Of a DNA stretch of 56,592 nucleotides, positions 40,700 through 51,595 are shown piece by piece. Numbering within the stretch: position 1 is the first letter of the stretch; each line of letters starts with the position of its first letter. The DNA comes from an uncultured Clostridia bacterium (GTDB lineage: Bacteria; Bacillota; Clostridia; TANB77; CAG-508). The translations under genes and the position numbers were made by a program. The notes under the pieces were generated by a model. It worked only from the letters and a program-made list of their open reading frames with translations, ran no database searches and was not told the origin of the DNA. The DNA is taken from positions 1 through 56,592 of the forward strand of contig CANQKT010000002.1 in assembly GCA_947624525.1 (NCBI GenBank), in the 5' to 3' direction.

Positions 40700-41473
40700 T
40701 TAAATTCCCATTACAGAATATCCACTATCAGCATAAATTACCTGCCCTGTAACTGCAGATGACATCTCACTAAATAAAAATGAAACCACATTACCAACCT
40801 CAACAGCAGTTACATTTCTTTTCAATGGAGCTTTTTCTTCTACAACTGTCTGTATTGATCCAAAATCTTTAATTCCCTTAGCAGACAAAGTCTTAATTGG
40901 ACCGGCAGAAACTGCATTTACACGTATACCTTCTTTTCCTAAATTATCTGATAAATATCTAACACTGCACTCCAAAGCTGCTTTTGCAACACCCATGACA
41001 TTGTAATTTGGCAATACCTTTGTAGAGCCATGATATGTCAAACATACTAAACTTGCATTTTCATTTAGCAAATCAATTTCCTTTGCGATTCTAGAAATTG
41101 CAACAAATGAATATGCACTAACATCATTTGCATGAGCAAAACCATCTTTACTTGTATATATAAAATCATTTTTTAAATCCTCTGTATTAGCATGAGCTAT
41201 ACTATGTAATATTCCATCAACTTTTCCAAAATCCTTTTTAACCTGATTCAAAGTTTCTCTAACTACTTCATCTTCTGATGCTTCATCACATGTATATGCC
41301 TTCGCACCTTCAAATTCTGAAATCAAATCCTCAATTTTCTCTCTATTCTCTTCACCTACAAAAGTAAATGCAAGTTTAGCTCCTTGTTCATATGCAGATT
41401 TGGCTACTCCATATGCAATACTCCATTTATTTCTCAATCCCATTATTAATACCACTTTATCTTTTAAAATCAT
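40700..41473 (-). CDS. fabI: Enoyl-ACP reductase FabI (NADH)
   Basis: 257 aa. GLRNKWSIAYGVAK N-terminus and Y-x6-K (YNVMGVAKAAL). SDR fold typical of FabI. Confidence 0.9.
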   Translation of the reverse strand: MILKDKVVLIMGLRNKWSIAYGVAKSAYEQGAKLAFTFVGEENREKIEDLISEFEGAKAYTCDEASEDEVVRETLNQVKKDFGKVDGILHSIAHANTEDLKNDFIYTSKDGFAHANDVSAYSFVAISRIAKEIDLLNENASLVCLTYHGSTKVLPNYNVMGVAKAALECSVRYLSDNLGKEGIRVNAVSAGPIKTLSAKGIKDFGSIQTVVEEKAPLKRNVTAVEVGNVVSFLFSEMSSAVTGQVIYADSGYSVMGI

Positions 41474-41636
41474 ATTTCTTATTTGTATGATGCTATTTCA
41501 CATCATACTCTCCTTTCTTATATTTTTACAAATTTCACAAATCTATAATTTTTACATATATATTTTTTAATAATTGCATCTTTTATGTAATTATCAGAAA
41601 AATTTTTTCAACACAGCTACAAAATAATATATATTA

Positions 41637-42875
41637 CTATTCCTCAAATTTCTTTATTATAACAGAACTATTATGTCCTCCAAATCCTAAAGAATTGGAC
41701 ATAGCATACCTTATTGACACATTTCTACCTTCATTTGGAACAACATCTAAATCACACTCTTCGTCAGGTACTTTATACCCAATAGTTGGTGGTACAAAAC
41801 TATCTAATATTGCCTTTATACAAACAATTGCCTCGATTGCACCTGCAGCACCCAACATATGACCTGTATTTCCCTTAGTTGAACTTACCATAACCTTATT
41901 TGCTACATCCCCAAGAGCGGTTTTTATTGCAGATGTTTCAAATGCATCATTTAAATGTGTTGATGTTCCGTGAGCATTTATATAATCTAGATCTTCTTTT
42001 GAAATTCCTGCATCCTCCATAGCACTTACCATAGCACGAGCTCCACCTTCTCCTCCCGGTGCTGGTGAAGTTATGTGATAAGCATCAGAACTTGCTCCAT
42101 ATCCAACAATTTCAGCATAAATTTTAGCTCCTCTATTTTTTGCATGTTCATAATCTTCTAAAATTATAACACCTGCACCCTCGGCAATTACAAATCCGCT
42201 TCTTTCCTTATCAAACGGAATACTTGCTCTTAATCTATCTGAACTTTGAGATAAAGCTTTCATATTTGTAAACCCTGCAACACCTGTAGGAGTTATTCCA
42301 CTTTCTGCTCCACCAGCAATAACAGCATCTTGATATCCATGTTTTATTAATCTATAAGCCTCTCCAATAGAATGAGTAGAACTTGCACATGCTGTAACAG
42401 TACCAAAAGATTCCCCTCTAGCACCTAACTCTATAGACACATTTCCTGCTGCCATATTTCCTATAGACATAGGAATATACATTGGAGATACTCTATCTGG
42501 CCCTTTTTCCATTAGAACTTTAGTCTCATTCTCAATTGTATTTAGACCTCCAATTCCTGTACTTATAATTACTCCAACTCTATCCATATTAGTATTTTCT
42601 TTTGTAATCCCGCTATCATTCATAGCTTCTCTTGCAGCAATAATAGCAAATTGTGAAAATTTTTCTAACCTTTTTACACCTCTTCTATCAAAATAATCCT
42701 CAGGTACATAATTTTTCACTTCTGCTGCCAATTTAACTTTAAAATCAGTTGTATCAAATGCAGTAATTTTATCAACTCCACATTTTCCTTCTTTTATCCC
42801 TTTCCAAAACTCATCCACAGTATTTCCTATAGGTGTAATCGCTCCTAATCCTGTAACTACAACTCTTCTCTCCAT
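41637..42875 (-). CDS. fabF: 3-oxoacyl-ACP synthase II (FabF)
   Basis: 412 aa. Active-site Cys (TACASS), His motifs (NAHGTST, GHMLGAAG), and C-terminal NSLGFGGHN. Confidence 0.92.
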   Translation of the reverse strand: MERRVVVTGLGAITPIGNTVDEFWKGIKEGKCGVDKITAFDTTDFKVKLAAEVKNYVPEDYFDRRGVKRLEKFSQFAIIAAREAMNDSGITKENTNMDRVGVIISTGIGGLNTIENETKVLMEKGPDRVSPMYIPMSIGNMAAGNVSIELGARGESFGTVTACASSTHSIGEAYRLIKHGYQDAVIAGGAESGITPTGVAGFTNMKALSQSSDRLRASIPFDKERSGFVIAEGAGVIILEDYEHAKNRGAKIYAEIVGYGASSDAYHITSPAPGGEGGARAMVSAMEDAGISKEDLDYINAHGTSTHLNDAFETSAIKTALGDVANKVMVSSTKGNTGHMLGAAGAIEAIVCIKAILDSFVPPTIGYKVPDEECDLDVVPNEGRNVSIRYAMSNSLGFGGHNSSVIIKKFEE

Positions 42876-42956
42876 TTTACATTCCTCCTAAACTTATATT
42901 ATATAAATTTTTTAGTTTGAACTTTATAAAAAAATCAAATAACCTTTGCTCTAAAC

Positions 42957-43964
42957 CTATATTATATTTATTTTTTGAGCTTGCACTGCAGTAATTGCAA
43001 TTGTATCACAAATTCTTTCCACGCTACAAGCTCTTGATAAATCATTAATAGGTTTCTCTAATCCTTGACACACAGGACCATACATATGTACATTAGAAAA
43101 TCTTTCTAATATCTTATATGTTATATTACCTGAATTTATATCTGGAAAAATTAAAACATTAGCTTGTCCCTTTAGCTCCCCATTTGGAGATTTCATCTTA
43201 GCTACTTCAGGCATAATTGCTGCATCTAATTGTAACTCCCCTTCACAAATTAAATCAGGTACCTTTTTCTTTAAATACTCCGCCGCCTTTGCAACCTTTT
43301 CTGTAGATTCAGATTTAGCGCTTCCCAAAGTAGAGTATGATAAAAATCCAACCTTAGCAGGTTCTTTCATCAACCATTCATAACTTTTAGCAGTAACCCT
43401 TGCAATTTCAGCCAAGGCAAGATAGCCTGGTTTTTCATTTAAAGCACAATCTGAAAACATAAACGTATAATTCTTATTTCCAAAATCTTCGTTTTTATGT
43501 TCAACCACAAAAAAAGTAGATAACAACCTCGTATCTCTTGTTTTGAAAATTTGCATCATTGGATGTAGAATTTGTTTAGTAGCGTGACATGCCCCCGCAA
43601 CTAATCCATCTGCTTCATCCAACTTTACCATCATCATTCCAAAAAACAATGGATCTTCTAATAATTTATCTGCCTCTTCTTTTGTATAATTAAATCTTTT
43701 TGTCAAATGTAAAAACTCTTGCACATATGACTCATGCCTTGAATCTTTATTTGGTTCTATTATTTGTAAATTTGTAATATCTATTTTTTCATTCTTACAA
43801 ATTTTATTTATCTTTTCTTTTTTTCCTATCAAAACTATATTTGCAATACCAGCTTCTACTGTTTTACTTGCAGCCTTTAAAATACGTATATCTGTTGACT
43901 CAGGCAATACTATTGTCTTTTTATCTAACCTTGCTTTTTTTTTAATATTATCAATAAAATTCAT
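42957..43964 (-). CDS. pta: Phosphate acetyl/butyryl-transferase family protein (Pta-like)
   Basis: ORF 42957..43988. Start likely ATG 43964. IVLPES.D.R.LKAA, GLVAGA.H.T and PINDLSR motifs are typical of PTA_PTB enzymes. Confidence 0.8.
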   Translation of the reverse strand: MNFIDNIKKKARLDKKTIVLPESTDIRILKAASKTVEAGIANIVLIGKKEKINKICKNEKIDITNLQIIEPNKDSRHESYVQEFLHLTKRFNYTKEEADKLLEDPLFFGMMMVKLDEADGLVAGACHATKQILHPMMQIFKTRDTRLLSTFFVVEHKNEDFGNKNYTFMFSDCALNEKPGYLALAEIARVTAKSYEWLMKEPAKVGFLSYSTLGSAKSESTEKVAKAAEYLKKKVPDLICEGELQLDAAIMPEVAKMKSPNGELKGQANVLIFPDINSGNITYKILERFSNVHMYGPVCQGLEKPINDLSRACSVERICDTIAITAVQAQKINII

Positions 43965-44156
43965 AATGCCTACCTTTCTTTTCTGCATTAACGCTAAGTA
44001 TAATTACTTATAATTTTTGCCTTTGGTAGTTATATCACAATATCTATCATTTTACAAGTTAAAATTTTTTATTATCAGAAACTGTTCAACAAAATGCTTG
44101 CATTTTCAACATTTTATTATATAATAAGTGAAAAAACTGTAACAAAAGGTGATAAC

Positions 44157-47100
44157 ATGGAACTAAAGAAATATGAATTAACTAATCCACAAAAAAGCAT
44201 CTATCTGTTGGAAAACTTCTATACTGGCAATAACCTTAATAACATCTGCGGTTCTTGCGTTTTTAATTCAGTATTAAACTTTGACTTATTAAAAAAGGCA
44301 ATTAACCTACTCGTTCAAAACCATGATAATTTTAGACTTCACTTTGAATTAAAACACAATAGTGTTCAGCAATACGTAGCTCCATATAATTTTTTTGATA
44401 TAGATATTATTGAAATTACTGATATTTCTTGTATTGATAAATTAGAAGTTAATATGCAAAAAAGAGTTTTTAATATTTTTTCCAATGATAACAATTTTGA
44501 ATTTAAAATTTTCAAACTACCAAATAATAATGGTGGTTATGTTTTAAATATTCATCATTTACTTGGAGATTCTTGGGCGCTAGGCATAGTTGCGCGTAAA
44601 ATTGCAGAATATTATAATCTTCTACTTAATAACGAAATAAGCACTGAATCTAATGAAAATGGTCAACTAGTTGACTCAAATAAATATTCCTATATTGATT
44701 ATATTAGTGACGAAGAAAAATATTTTGAAAGTGATAAATACAAAAAAGATAAGGAATATTGGGATACTATATTTAATACAATACCTGAAATTGCTACTAT
44801 TCCTTCAAAGTTTAGCAATTGTAACACTAAAATTAGTTCTTCAGCACAAAGAAGTAAGTTTACGTTGTCAAAGAAGAAAATTAGTATTATTCTACAATTC
44901 TGTAAAAATAACAATATTTCAATTTTTAACTTCTTTATGTCAATATACTCAATATATTTAAGCAAAGTAAGTGGATCTCATGATTTTGTAATTGGAACCC
45001 CTATTTTAAATAGATGTAATTTTGCCCAAAAGCAGACTATTGGAATGTTTATAAGCACTCTACCTGTTAGATTTAATGTTGATATTAAAGAAACTTTTAT
45101 AGAATACGCAAAAAAAGTTTCTGTAAATTCTTTAGCTATGTTAAGACATCAAAAATATCCGTATCAAAATATTTTGGAAACTGTAAGAAGCAATCAAGCT
45201 GATTTACCAAATTTATACAACATACTTTTATCTTACCAGATTACTAAAACAAATACTGATGGTTATGCTTATGAAACAAGATGGGCTTTTAATGATAATT
45301 GTCCTGATGACATGCAAATTCATATTCTAGATATAAATGATTCCGGTAGTTTCAATATTTATTATGATTATAAAATTAGTAAATATGATAATAAAGATAT
45401 TGAAAATTTGCACAATAGAATTATGTACATTATTGAACAAGTTTTGAAAAAAAATGACTTGAGAATTTCTCAAATAAAGATTTTAACAAGATCTGAAAAA
45501 AGGAAGATTACAAGTACATTTAATAAAACAGATGTTAAATATGATACTAGCAAAACAATTGTTGATTTATTTGAAGAAATGGTCGCACTCAAACCATATG
45601 ATACAGCAATAGTTTGTAATAATAAAAAATTAACATACAATGATTTAAATAAAAAAGCTAACCAACTTGCACATTATCTATATAAACAGCATATAAGACC
45701 CTATGATTTAATTGGAATAATGACCACTCGCTCACTTGAAATGGTAATTGGCCTAATAGCAATACTAAAATTGGGTGCAACTTATATTCCAATTGACCCC
45801 AATTATCCAAAAGAAAGAGTAAATTACTTAATTGAAAACAGTAAATGCAAAGCACTTTTGGTTGATAATTATACTTTTGATAATATCAATATTCAATATA
45901 AAATAAATATTTCTTTAGAAAATAATTTTTACCAAAGTGAAGATTACGATAATTTAAATATGGAGCTTTCTTCTGATTATCTAATGTATCTCATCTATAC
46001 ATCTGGCTCAACAGGAAAGCCTAAGGGTGTAATGTTAACTCACCGAAATGTAAATAATTTTCTTGTTGGTGTTAACAAAGTAATAAATTTTAAAAATAAT
46101 AAAACCATACTCTCTCTTACTACCATATGTTTTGACATTTTCGGACTTGAATTATGGGGTGGTTTAGCATATGGACTCACTGTTGTTATTGCAACTGAGG
46201 AGGAACAAAATAATGGTAAGCTTTTAAATAAATTATGTTTGGAAAATCATGTTGAAATGATCCAAACCACACCTTCTAGAATATCATTTTTTCTGAAAAA
46301 TGATGAAGATTTAGAGTTTTTAAAAAATCTAAATGTAATAATGTTAGGTGGAGAAAGTTTACCTGAAAAGATAGTAGATGAATTGTTAGATAAATCTCCT
46401 GCTAAATTGTTCAATATGTATGGTCCAACTGAAACCACAATTTGGTCAACTATTAAAGAAGTTCAAGGAGTTACAAATATTTCTATAGGACAACCTATAG
46501 CTAACACTACCTGTTATGTTTTAGATGATAATTTAAGCCTTTTACCTCCATACACTCCCGGCATTTTATACATTGGAGGTGATGGAGTTTCAAAGGGGTA
46601 TTTTCATCTTCCATATTTAACAATGGAAAAGTTTATTATTTCACCATATAAAAAGAAAGAATTAATTTATAACACAGGTGATTTAGCTTACTATGACGAA
46701 AATGGAGATATTTATCATTTAGGAAGAAATGACTTTCAGGTAAAAGTTCGTGGATATAGAATTGAGCTAGGCGAAGTTGAAAACAAAATCCTATCTTATT
46801 CTGGTATAAAAGAAGCATGTGTTGTTGCAAATTCTAATTTTTTGATATGCTATTATACAGTTTCAGGTTCTGCAAAAATTAAAGAAGGTGATATTATTTC
46901 TTATCTATTTGAAAGATTACCAGATTATATGATACCTTCCGAATTTATTAAACTAGATAACATGCCTCTTACACCTAATGGAAAACTTGATAGAAAAGCA
47001 TTACCTAAATCTCAAAAAAGTATTGATATAGAAGAATTACCAAGCACTAATACCGAAAAATTGTTAGCAAGTATTATATCTAGTGTTATAAAAAAGGACG

Positions 47101-48491
47101 TTAAAAATATAAATGAACCATTTATATCGATGGGATTAGATTCCCTAGGAATTATACAAGTTCAAACCGAGTTATTGTCAAACAACATTAATTTGACTAC
47201 ACATTACTTTTATAAATATTCAACTATAAAAAAATTAGCACACAAAATTGATGTCAAGACAAATAACTATAATGAACAAAATAGCCAAATTCCTATGCAG
47301 TTTCGTCATAATCCAGATGAGGTTATCAACAATCTATCCTCAATAGATGTAAATGAGAATATACTTGGTAACATACTTTTGACTGGTTCAAATGGTTTTA
47401 TAGGAATTCATATCTTGTATGAATTATTGCATGCAACAACAAATAAAATATATTGCTTGGTTCGTGGTAAGAATGATGAAGAAAGAATTAATAAATTGAG
47501 TTCAGCTTTTTTATATTACTTTAAGGAAGATATTGCTCCCTTTATCAATAATAGAATTATCATCGTTGGAGGAGATATATCTTATACTAATTTAAATATG
47601 AGTGAAAATAATTTGGAAATGTTAAAAGGCAATACTAATACTATCATTAATACAGCAGCAATTGTAAAGCATTACGGTGATATTGCAGATTTTGTAAAAA
47701 ATAATATTGAAGGAACGCGAAATGTTGTCGAATTCGCATATAAACACAATATAAGGTTGATTCATCTTTCTTCAATAAGCGTTTCCGGAAATTATTTGGT
47801 TAAACAAGACAATCGTAATGTAGAGTTTTCTGAAAATGATTTATATATAGGTCAACATTATGAAGACAATAACTATGTTTACAGCAAAATGGAGGCTGAA
47901 AAATTAATATTACAATATATGTCAAAAGGCTTAACTGCAAAGATTTTAAGAATTGGAATTGTATCTGGAAGATTTTCTGACGGTTTTTTTCAAAAAAGGA
48001 TTGATGAAAACGCTTTTTATGGTAGAATTAAATCGATAATAAAAATGCATGCAATATCTGATGCTATGACCATGCAAGATGTTGAATTTACACCCGTGGA
48101 TTTATGTGCGAAGTCTATTGTTACCTTAGCCAAAAATTCTGTTGGAGATAATAGGGTTTTTAATATTTATAACCATAATCTTATCACTATTAACAGGGTT
48201 ATAGAAGCACTTGGAAAAATTGGTATTAATGTTGATGTTTTAAGTAGTGGTGATTTTAATGATTACATATTAAATTTATCTAAAACACAAAAAGAAGCAA
48301 TTAAAGGAATTATTAATGACTTTAATTATGATGAAAATAATTTATTAACTATAGACTACAATTTTACAGTTAAAGTACAATCAAATTACACTAAAAAATA
48401 CTTACATATGCTTAATTTTGATTGGCCTGTTTTGGATGATTGCTATTTGCTGAAAGTACTGATGCATATGAAGGAAGTTGGATTTATTTAG
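44157..48491 (+). CDS. Single-module non-ribosomal peptide synthetase, domain order C - A - T(PCP) - R (NAD(P)-dependent thioester reductase)
   Basis: ORF 44094..48491. Start ATG 44157 is behind AAAGGTGA. C domain HHLLGDS (nt 44553). A domain: LIYTSGSTGKPKGV, YGPTE, GDLAYY, VKVRGYRIELGE, NGKLDRKAL. PCP: MGLDSLG (about nt 47130). R domain: LLTGSNGFIGIHIL, and YVYSKMEAE carrying the YxxxK. Confidence 0.9.
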   Translation: MELKKYELTNPQKSIYLLENFYTGNNLNNICGSCVFNSVLNFDLLKKAINLLVQNHDNFRLHFELKHNSVQQYVAPYNFFDIDIIEITDISCIDKLEVNMQKRVFNIFSNDNNFEFKIFKLPNNNGGYVLNIHHLLGDSWALGIVARKIAEYYNLLLNNEISTESNENGQLVDSNKYSYIDYISDEEKYFESDKYKKDKEYWDTIFNTIPEIATIPSKFSNCNTKISSSAQRSKFTLSKKKISIILQFCKNNNISIFNFFMSIYSIYLSKVSGSHDFVIGTPILNRCNFAQKQTIGMFISTLPVRFNVDIKETFIEYAKKVSVNSLAMLRHQKYPYQNILETVRSNQADLPNLYNILLSYQITKTNTDGYAYETRWAFNDNCPDDMQIHILDINDSGSFNIYYDYKISKYDNKDIENLHNRIMYIIEQVLKKNDLRISQIKILTRSEKRKITSTFNKTDVKYDTSKTIVDLFEEMVALKPYDTAIVCNNKKLTYNDLNKKANQLAHYLYKQHIRPYDLIGIMTTRSLEMVIGLIAILKLGATYIPIDPNYPKERVNYLIENSKCKALLVDNYTFDNINIQYKINISLENNFYQSEDYDNLNMELSSDYLMYLIYTSGSTGKPKGVMLTHRNVNNFLVGVNKVINFKNNKTILSLTTICFDIFGLELWGGLAYGLTVVIATEEEQNNGKLLNKLCLENHVEMIQTTPSRISFFLKNDEDLEFLKNLNVIMLGGESLPEKIVDELLDKSPAKLFNMYGPTETTIWSTIKEVQGVTNISIGQPIANTTCYVLDDNLSLLPPYTPGILYIGGDGVSKGYFHLPYLTMEKFIISPYKKKELIYNTGDLAYYDENGDIYHLGRNDFQVKVRGYRIELGEVENKILSYSGIKEACVVANSNFLICYYTVSGSAKIKEGDIISYLFERLPDYMIPSEFIKLDNMPLTPNGKLDRKALPKSQKSIDIEELPSTNTEKLLASIISSVIKKDVKNINEPFISMGLDSLGIIQVQTELLSNNINLTTHYFYKYSTIKKLAHKIDVKTNNYNEQNSQIPMQFRHNPDEVINNLSSIDVNENILGNILLTGSNGFIGIHILYELLHATTNKIYCLVRGKNDEERINKLSSAFLYYFKEDIAPFINNRIIIVGGDISYTNLNMSENNLEMLKGNTNTIINTAAIVKHYGDIADFVKNNIEGTRNVVEFAYKHNIRLIHLSSISVSGNYLVKQDNRNVEFSENDLYIGQHYEDNNYVYSKMEAEKLILQYMSKGLTAKILRIGIVSGRFSDGFFQKRIDENAFYGRIKSIIKMHAISDAMTMQDVEFTPVDLCAKSIVTLAKNSVGDNRVFNIYNHNLITINRVIEALGKIGINVDVLSSGDFNDYILNLSKTQKEAIKGIINDFNYDENNLLTIDYNFTVKVQSNYTKKYLHMLNFDWPVLDDCYLLKVLMHMKEVGFI

Positions 48492-48563
48492 TTCAATATT
48501 CCCCACTTCAAAGTAAGTTTTTTTAGTAATAAATTTAAATATTATAAAAAAAGGAGGCAATAT

Positions 48564-50561
48564 ATGAAGCTCAAAACTTTATTAAATATAAGACCTAGTT
48601 TAAGAATAGCACTAAGATATAGTGGAGTTGCATCAATTGTAATATTGATTTTCTCTTTGCTAGTACCAAAATTTCTAAATTACGGACCCGAATCTATTAA
48701 CACAGATTTTGATATTCAAATGTCGTATATACCCTATTGGCTACAATTTTTATGTATAGGATCCTTATTAATATTTTTAATAGTAATGATTACACATTTC
48801 TTATTTAAAAGTGTAGATAAATTTTATTTATCGAAAGATCCTAATAAATATAATAATTTAAGTTTAATAAAAAAAGTAAGAAAAAAATGTTTTAGCTTAC
48901 CTTATTTAATACCAATATGTGAAGTTATTATTCCTGCGGTTTCAGCTATGTTAGTTCTTATTTTAACAGGAAGTCACTTATCTGTAATGGTTGCTAAAAT
49001 ATTGATTATAGTATTTGCTTTTTCGCTAATATTGGCGGTTTCCTCATTTATATTCTCAAAGGGAATATATAATGAAATTTTGACAAAAACTTACAAAGAA
49101 AACATAAATATTGGATTAAGAATTAATTTAAAATCAAAAGTACTTCTGCAAATACTACCATTACTTATTTTTTGTATTAGTATGTTGACTTTTATAGGAT
49201 ATTCATTTACTGTAAGAGAAAAGGAAGACGTATATTTTGATGTATATAATCAATTAATGGAAAGCAATTTTTCTGAAAATACCATATATGATTATTCTGA
49301 TTTACTTGATGAATTTAATAATATGAAAATGTATAATGACTCACATAGTAAATTTATTATAAAATCTGATGGGTCTATATTAACATTAAACGGAGAGCCA
49401 CCTAGTAATTTCGTTATAGAATATACTCAACAAATTGCAGAAAAATATAATGGAAGAATTTATGATAGCTACGGAGTTGATGCTCAAGGTAAATCAATAA
49501 AAGTTTCAACTAATGAAGGAGATTGTTATATTTGTGTATTGTATAGTGTATCATCTTCTACTTCTCTAATGTACTTAGCTTTATCAGGAATTTCACTATT
49601 TATAATTTCTGCCATAATGTTGTATATTTTTAGCAATTCTTTATCAAAGGATATTTCAGAAATATCTAATAATTTTGATAGATTATGCTCAAATGACTTT
49701 GGTAAAACTCTTCCTGTTACTGCTAATGATGAGATTGGTGATTTAATAAATTCCTTTAACTTGGTTCAAAAGAACAGTCAAAGTCAAATGGATTTAATCA
49801 AAAATAATCAAGAAATCCTTATGGAAAGAGAACGTTTAGCTACTCTTGGTCAAATGGTTGGTGGAATTGCACACAACTTGAAAACCCCTATAATGTCTAT
49901 ATCTGGTGCAACAGAAGGTTTAAAAGATTTAGTTAGTGAATATGATGCTTCTATTGAAGATTCTGAAGTTACTGTGAGTGATCACCATGAGATAGCTAAT
50001 GATATGAGAAGATGGATTGAAAAAATTAATAATTACACTGAATATATGTCTGATATTATTACAGCAGTAAAAGGTCAGGCTGTTACACTTTCAAACCAGG
50101 AAATTGTTTCTTTCACTATCGCAGAATTGGTTAAAAGAGTTCAAATTCTGATGAAGCATGAATTGAAGAATTCCTTTATCGAGTTGGATATTAATATGAA
50201 TGTTGATGAAAACTTGACTTTGAATGGAGATATTAATAGTTTAGTTCAAGTTTTAAATAATTTGATTTCTAATGCTATTGAAGCTTATGATGGTATTGAA
50301 AGAGAAAATAAAAGTATTGATTTGGATTTGAATATAAAGGATGGTTATTTACAAATTTATGTTACAGATTATGGTAAGGGTATTCCTAAAGATGTTCAAG
50401 AAAAATTATTTAAGGAAATGATTACTACGAAGGGAAAAAACGGTACAGGATTAGGCTTGTTTATGTCATATTCAAATATTAGAGCTCATTTTAATGGAAA
50501 TATGAAATTTGAATCTGAAGTTGGTAAGGGATCTAGATTTGAGATTTTATTGCCTTTGTAG
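48564..50561 (+). CDS. Multi-TM sensor histidine kinase with no adjacent response regulator
   Basis: RBS AAAGGAGG. Several N-terminal TM helices, a HAMP-like linker, the H-box ATLGQMVGGIAHNLKTP, and HATPase N/G boxes (LNNLISNAIEA, DYGKGI, GTGLGLFMS). Only 72 nt after the NRPS stop, with no hairpin between. Confidence 0.85.
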   Translation: MKLKTLLNIRPSLRIALRYSGVASIVILIFSLLVPKFLNYGPESINTDFDIQMSYIPYWLQFLCIGSLLIFLIVMITHFLFKSVDKFYLSKDPNKYNNLSLIKKVRKKCFSLPYLIPICEVIIPAVSAMLVLILTGSHLSVMVAKILIIVFAFSLILAVSSFIFSKGIYNEILTKTYKENINIGLRINLKSKVLLQILPLLIFCISMLTFIGYSFTVREKEDVYFDVYNQLMESNFSENTIYDYSDLLDEFNNMKMYNDSHSKFIIKSDGSILTLNGEPPSNFVIEYTQQIAEKYNGRIYDSYGVDAQGKSIKVSTNEGDCYICVLYSVSSSTSLMYLALSGISLFIISAIMLYIFSNSLSKDISEISNNFDRLCSNDFGKTLPVTANDEIGDLINSFNLVQKNSQSQMDLIKNNQEILMERERLATLGQMVGGIAHNLKTPIMSISGATEGLKDLVSEYDASIEDSEVTVSDHHEIANDMRRWIEKINNYTEYMSDIITAVKGQAVTLSNQEIVSFTIAELVKRVQILMKHELKNSFIELDINMNVDENLTLNGDINSLVQVLNNLISNAIEAYDGIERENKSIDLDLNIKDGYLQIYVTDYGKGIPKDVQEKLFKEMITTKGKNGTGLGLFMSYSNIRAHFNGNMKFESEVGKGSRFEILLPL

Positions 50562-50656
50562 AGGTTTGTTGTTAAAATAGACAGTATAAAAATCACTCTT
50601 TTTATATTCTGGGATGTTTGAAGGAATAGTATTTTCATCCATACTAGTTTATTTTT

Positions 50657-50698
50657 AAAGTGCAATTTTTACACTTTAAAGTAAAAGAATTGCACTTT
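50657..50698 (+). promoter_or_regulatory. Operator-like palindrome plus half-site (copy A)
   Basis: AAAGTGCAAtttTTACACTTT (50657-50677, one arm mismatch) and AATTGCACTTT (50688-50698). Same spacing as copy B at 55973-56014. Confidence 0.5.
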
Positions 50699-50827
50699 AA
50701 AGTTTTTCATAAATATACTGAGGAAATTATGCAGTATTTTATTATATTTTTCATGGTTAAAATATGTATCTGAAATAAAATATATCATTTTGTTACCAGC
50801 CTTTGCTAAAATATTCTATTGTTTCAT

Positions 50828-51376
50828 TTACAAAGAAACAGCAAGAGCTGTTCTTAATGGGTTGTCTGTTGAATTTATAAGTAAATTTCTCATATATCTA
50901 AAAAAGTCATAATATTCTTCCATAAAAGTTTCTTGCGAACAGTGAAATGTTAGGAATTCAGTTACATATGACTCCACACGTTTTTCAAAAAGATAATTAA
51001 TATCAAACCCAAACCATCCTAACCTAAAAGTACACATATTATGATTATTTTCTGTATTTATTATATTAATAATTTCTTTTTCATCCTTGCTTTTTATATT
51101 TTTAAAGTATTCTATTGCTTTTTCTGAATATTCTGATTTTATATATTTTTCATGTTGTTCAATCATTAAATCCATTGCATATTTAGCCAGCATTTCATCT
51201 TTTAGTTTAAAAATTATATATGCATTTTCATCCCATTCTATTGTTCTATATTGTACATTATATAGATTTCTGTCAACTTTCTTGAAGAAATCTAATTCAA
51301 CTTCTTTTGCCATTTTCGCATCTCTTACTACTACTAATATTTCTTTTGCTAGTCCTACACATAAATATTTACTCAT
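50828..51376 (-). CDS. Hypothetical protein
   Basis: 182-aa ORF with RBS AAAGGAGTGAAAATATG. No family recognised. Confidence 0.45.
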   Translation of the reverse strand: MSKYLCVGLAKEILVVVRDAKMAKEVELDFFKKVDRNLYNVQYRTIEWDENAYIIFKLKDEMLAKYAMDLMIEQHEKYIKSEYSEKAIEYFKNIKSKDEKEIINIINTENNHNMCTFRLGWFGFDINYLFEKRVESYVTEFLTFHCSQETFMEEYYDFFRYMRNLLINSTDNPLRTALAVSL

Positions 51377-51595
51377 ATTTTCACTCCTTTAATATGTATA
51401 TATATTATTTTAGCAAGAATTTAATCAGATTTGGTCTCTTTGAAAGCGACATTTTTGAAAAGTCTTTATAAATTAAAAATAATATGATACAATAATTCAG
51501 TAAAATATTTTTATGCATAGATATTTAGTTCGTAATCACATTTATACTCATTTATTTTTATATATCATTCATTATTCACAACAAGGAGGTCCTTT

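Noticed and set aside
50729-50773. A 14-codon hydrophobic ORF (MQYFIIFFMVKICI) with GAGGA upstream, next to repeat copy A. It could be a small toxin or leader peptide.
   Set aside because: It is too short to support from sequence alone. The predicted promoter would start transcription inside the RBS, and there is no conservation evidence.
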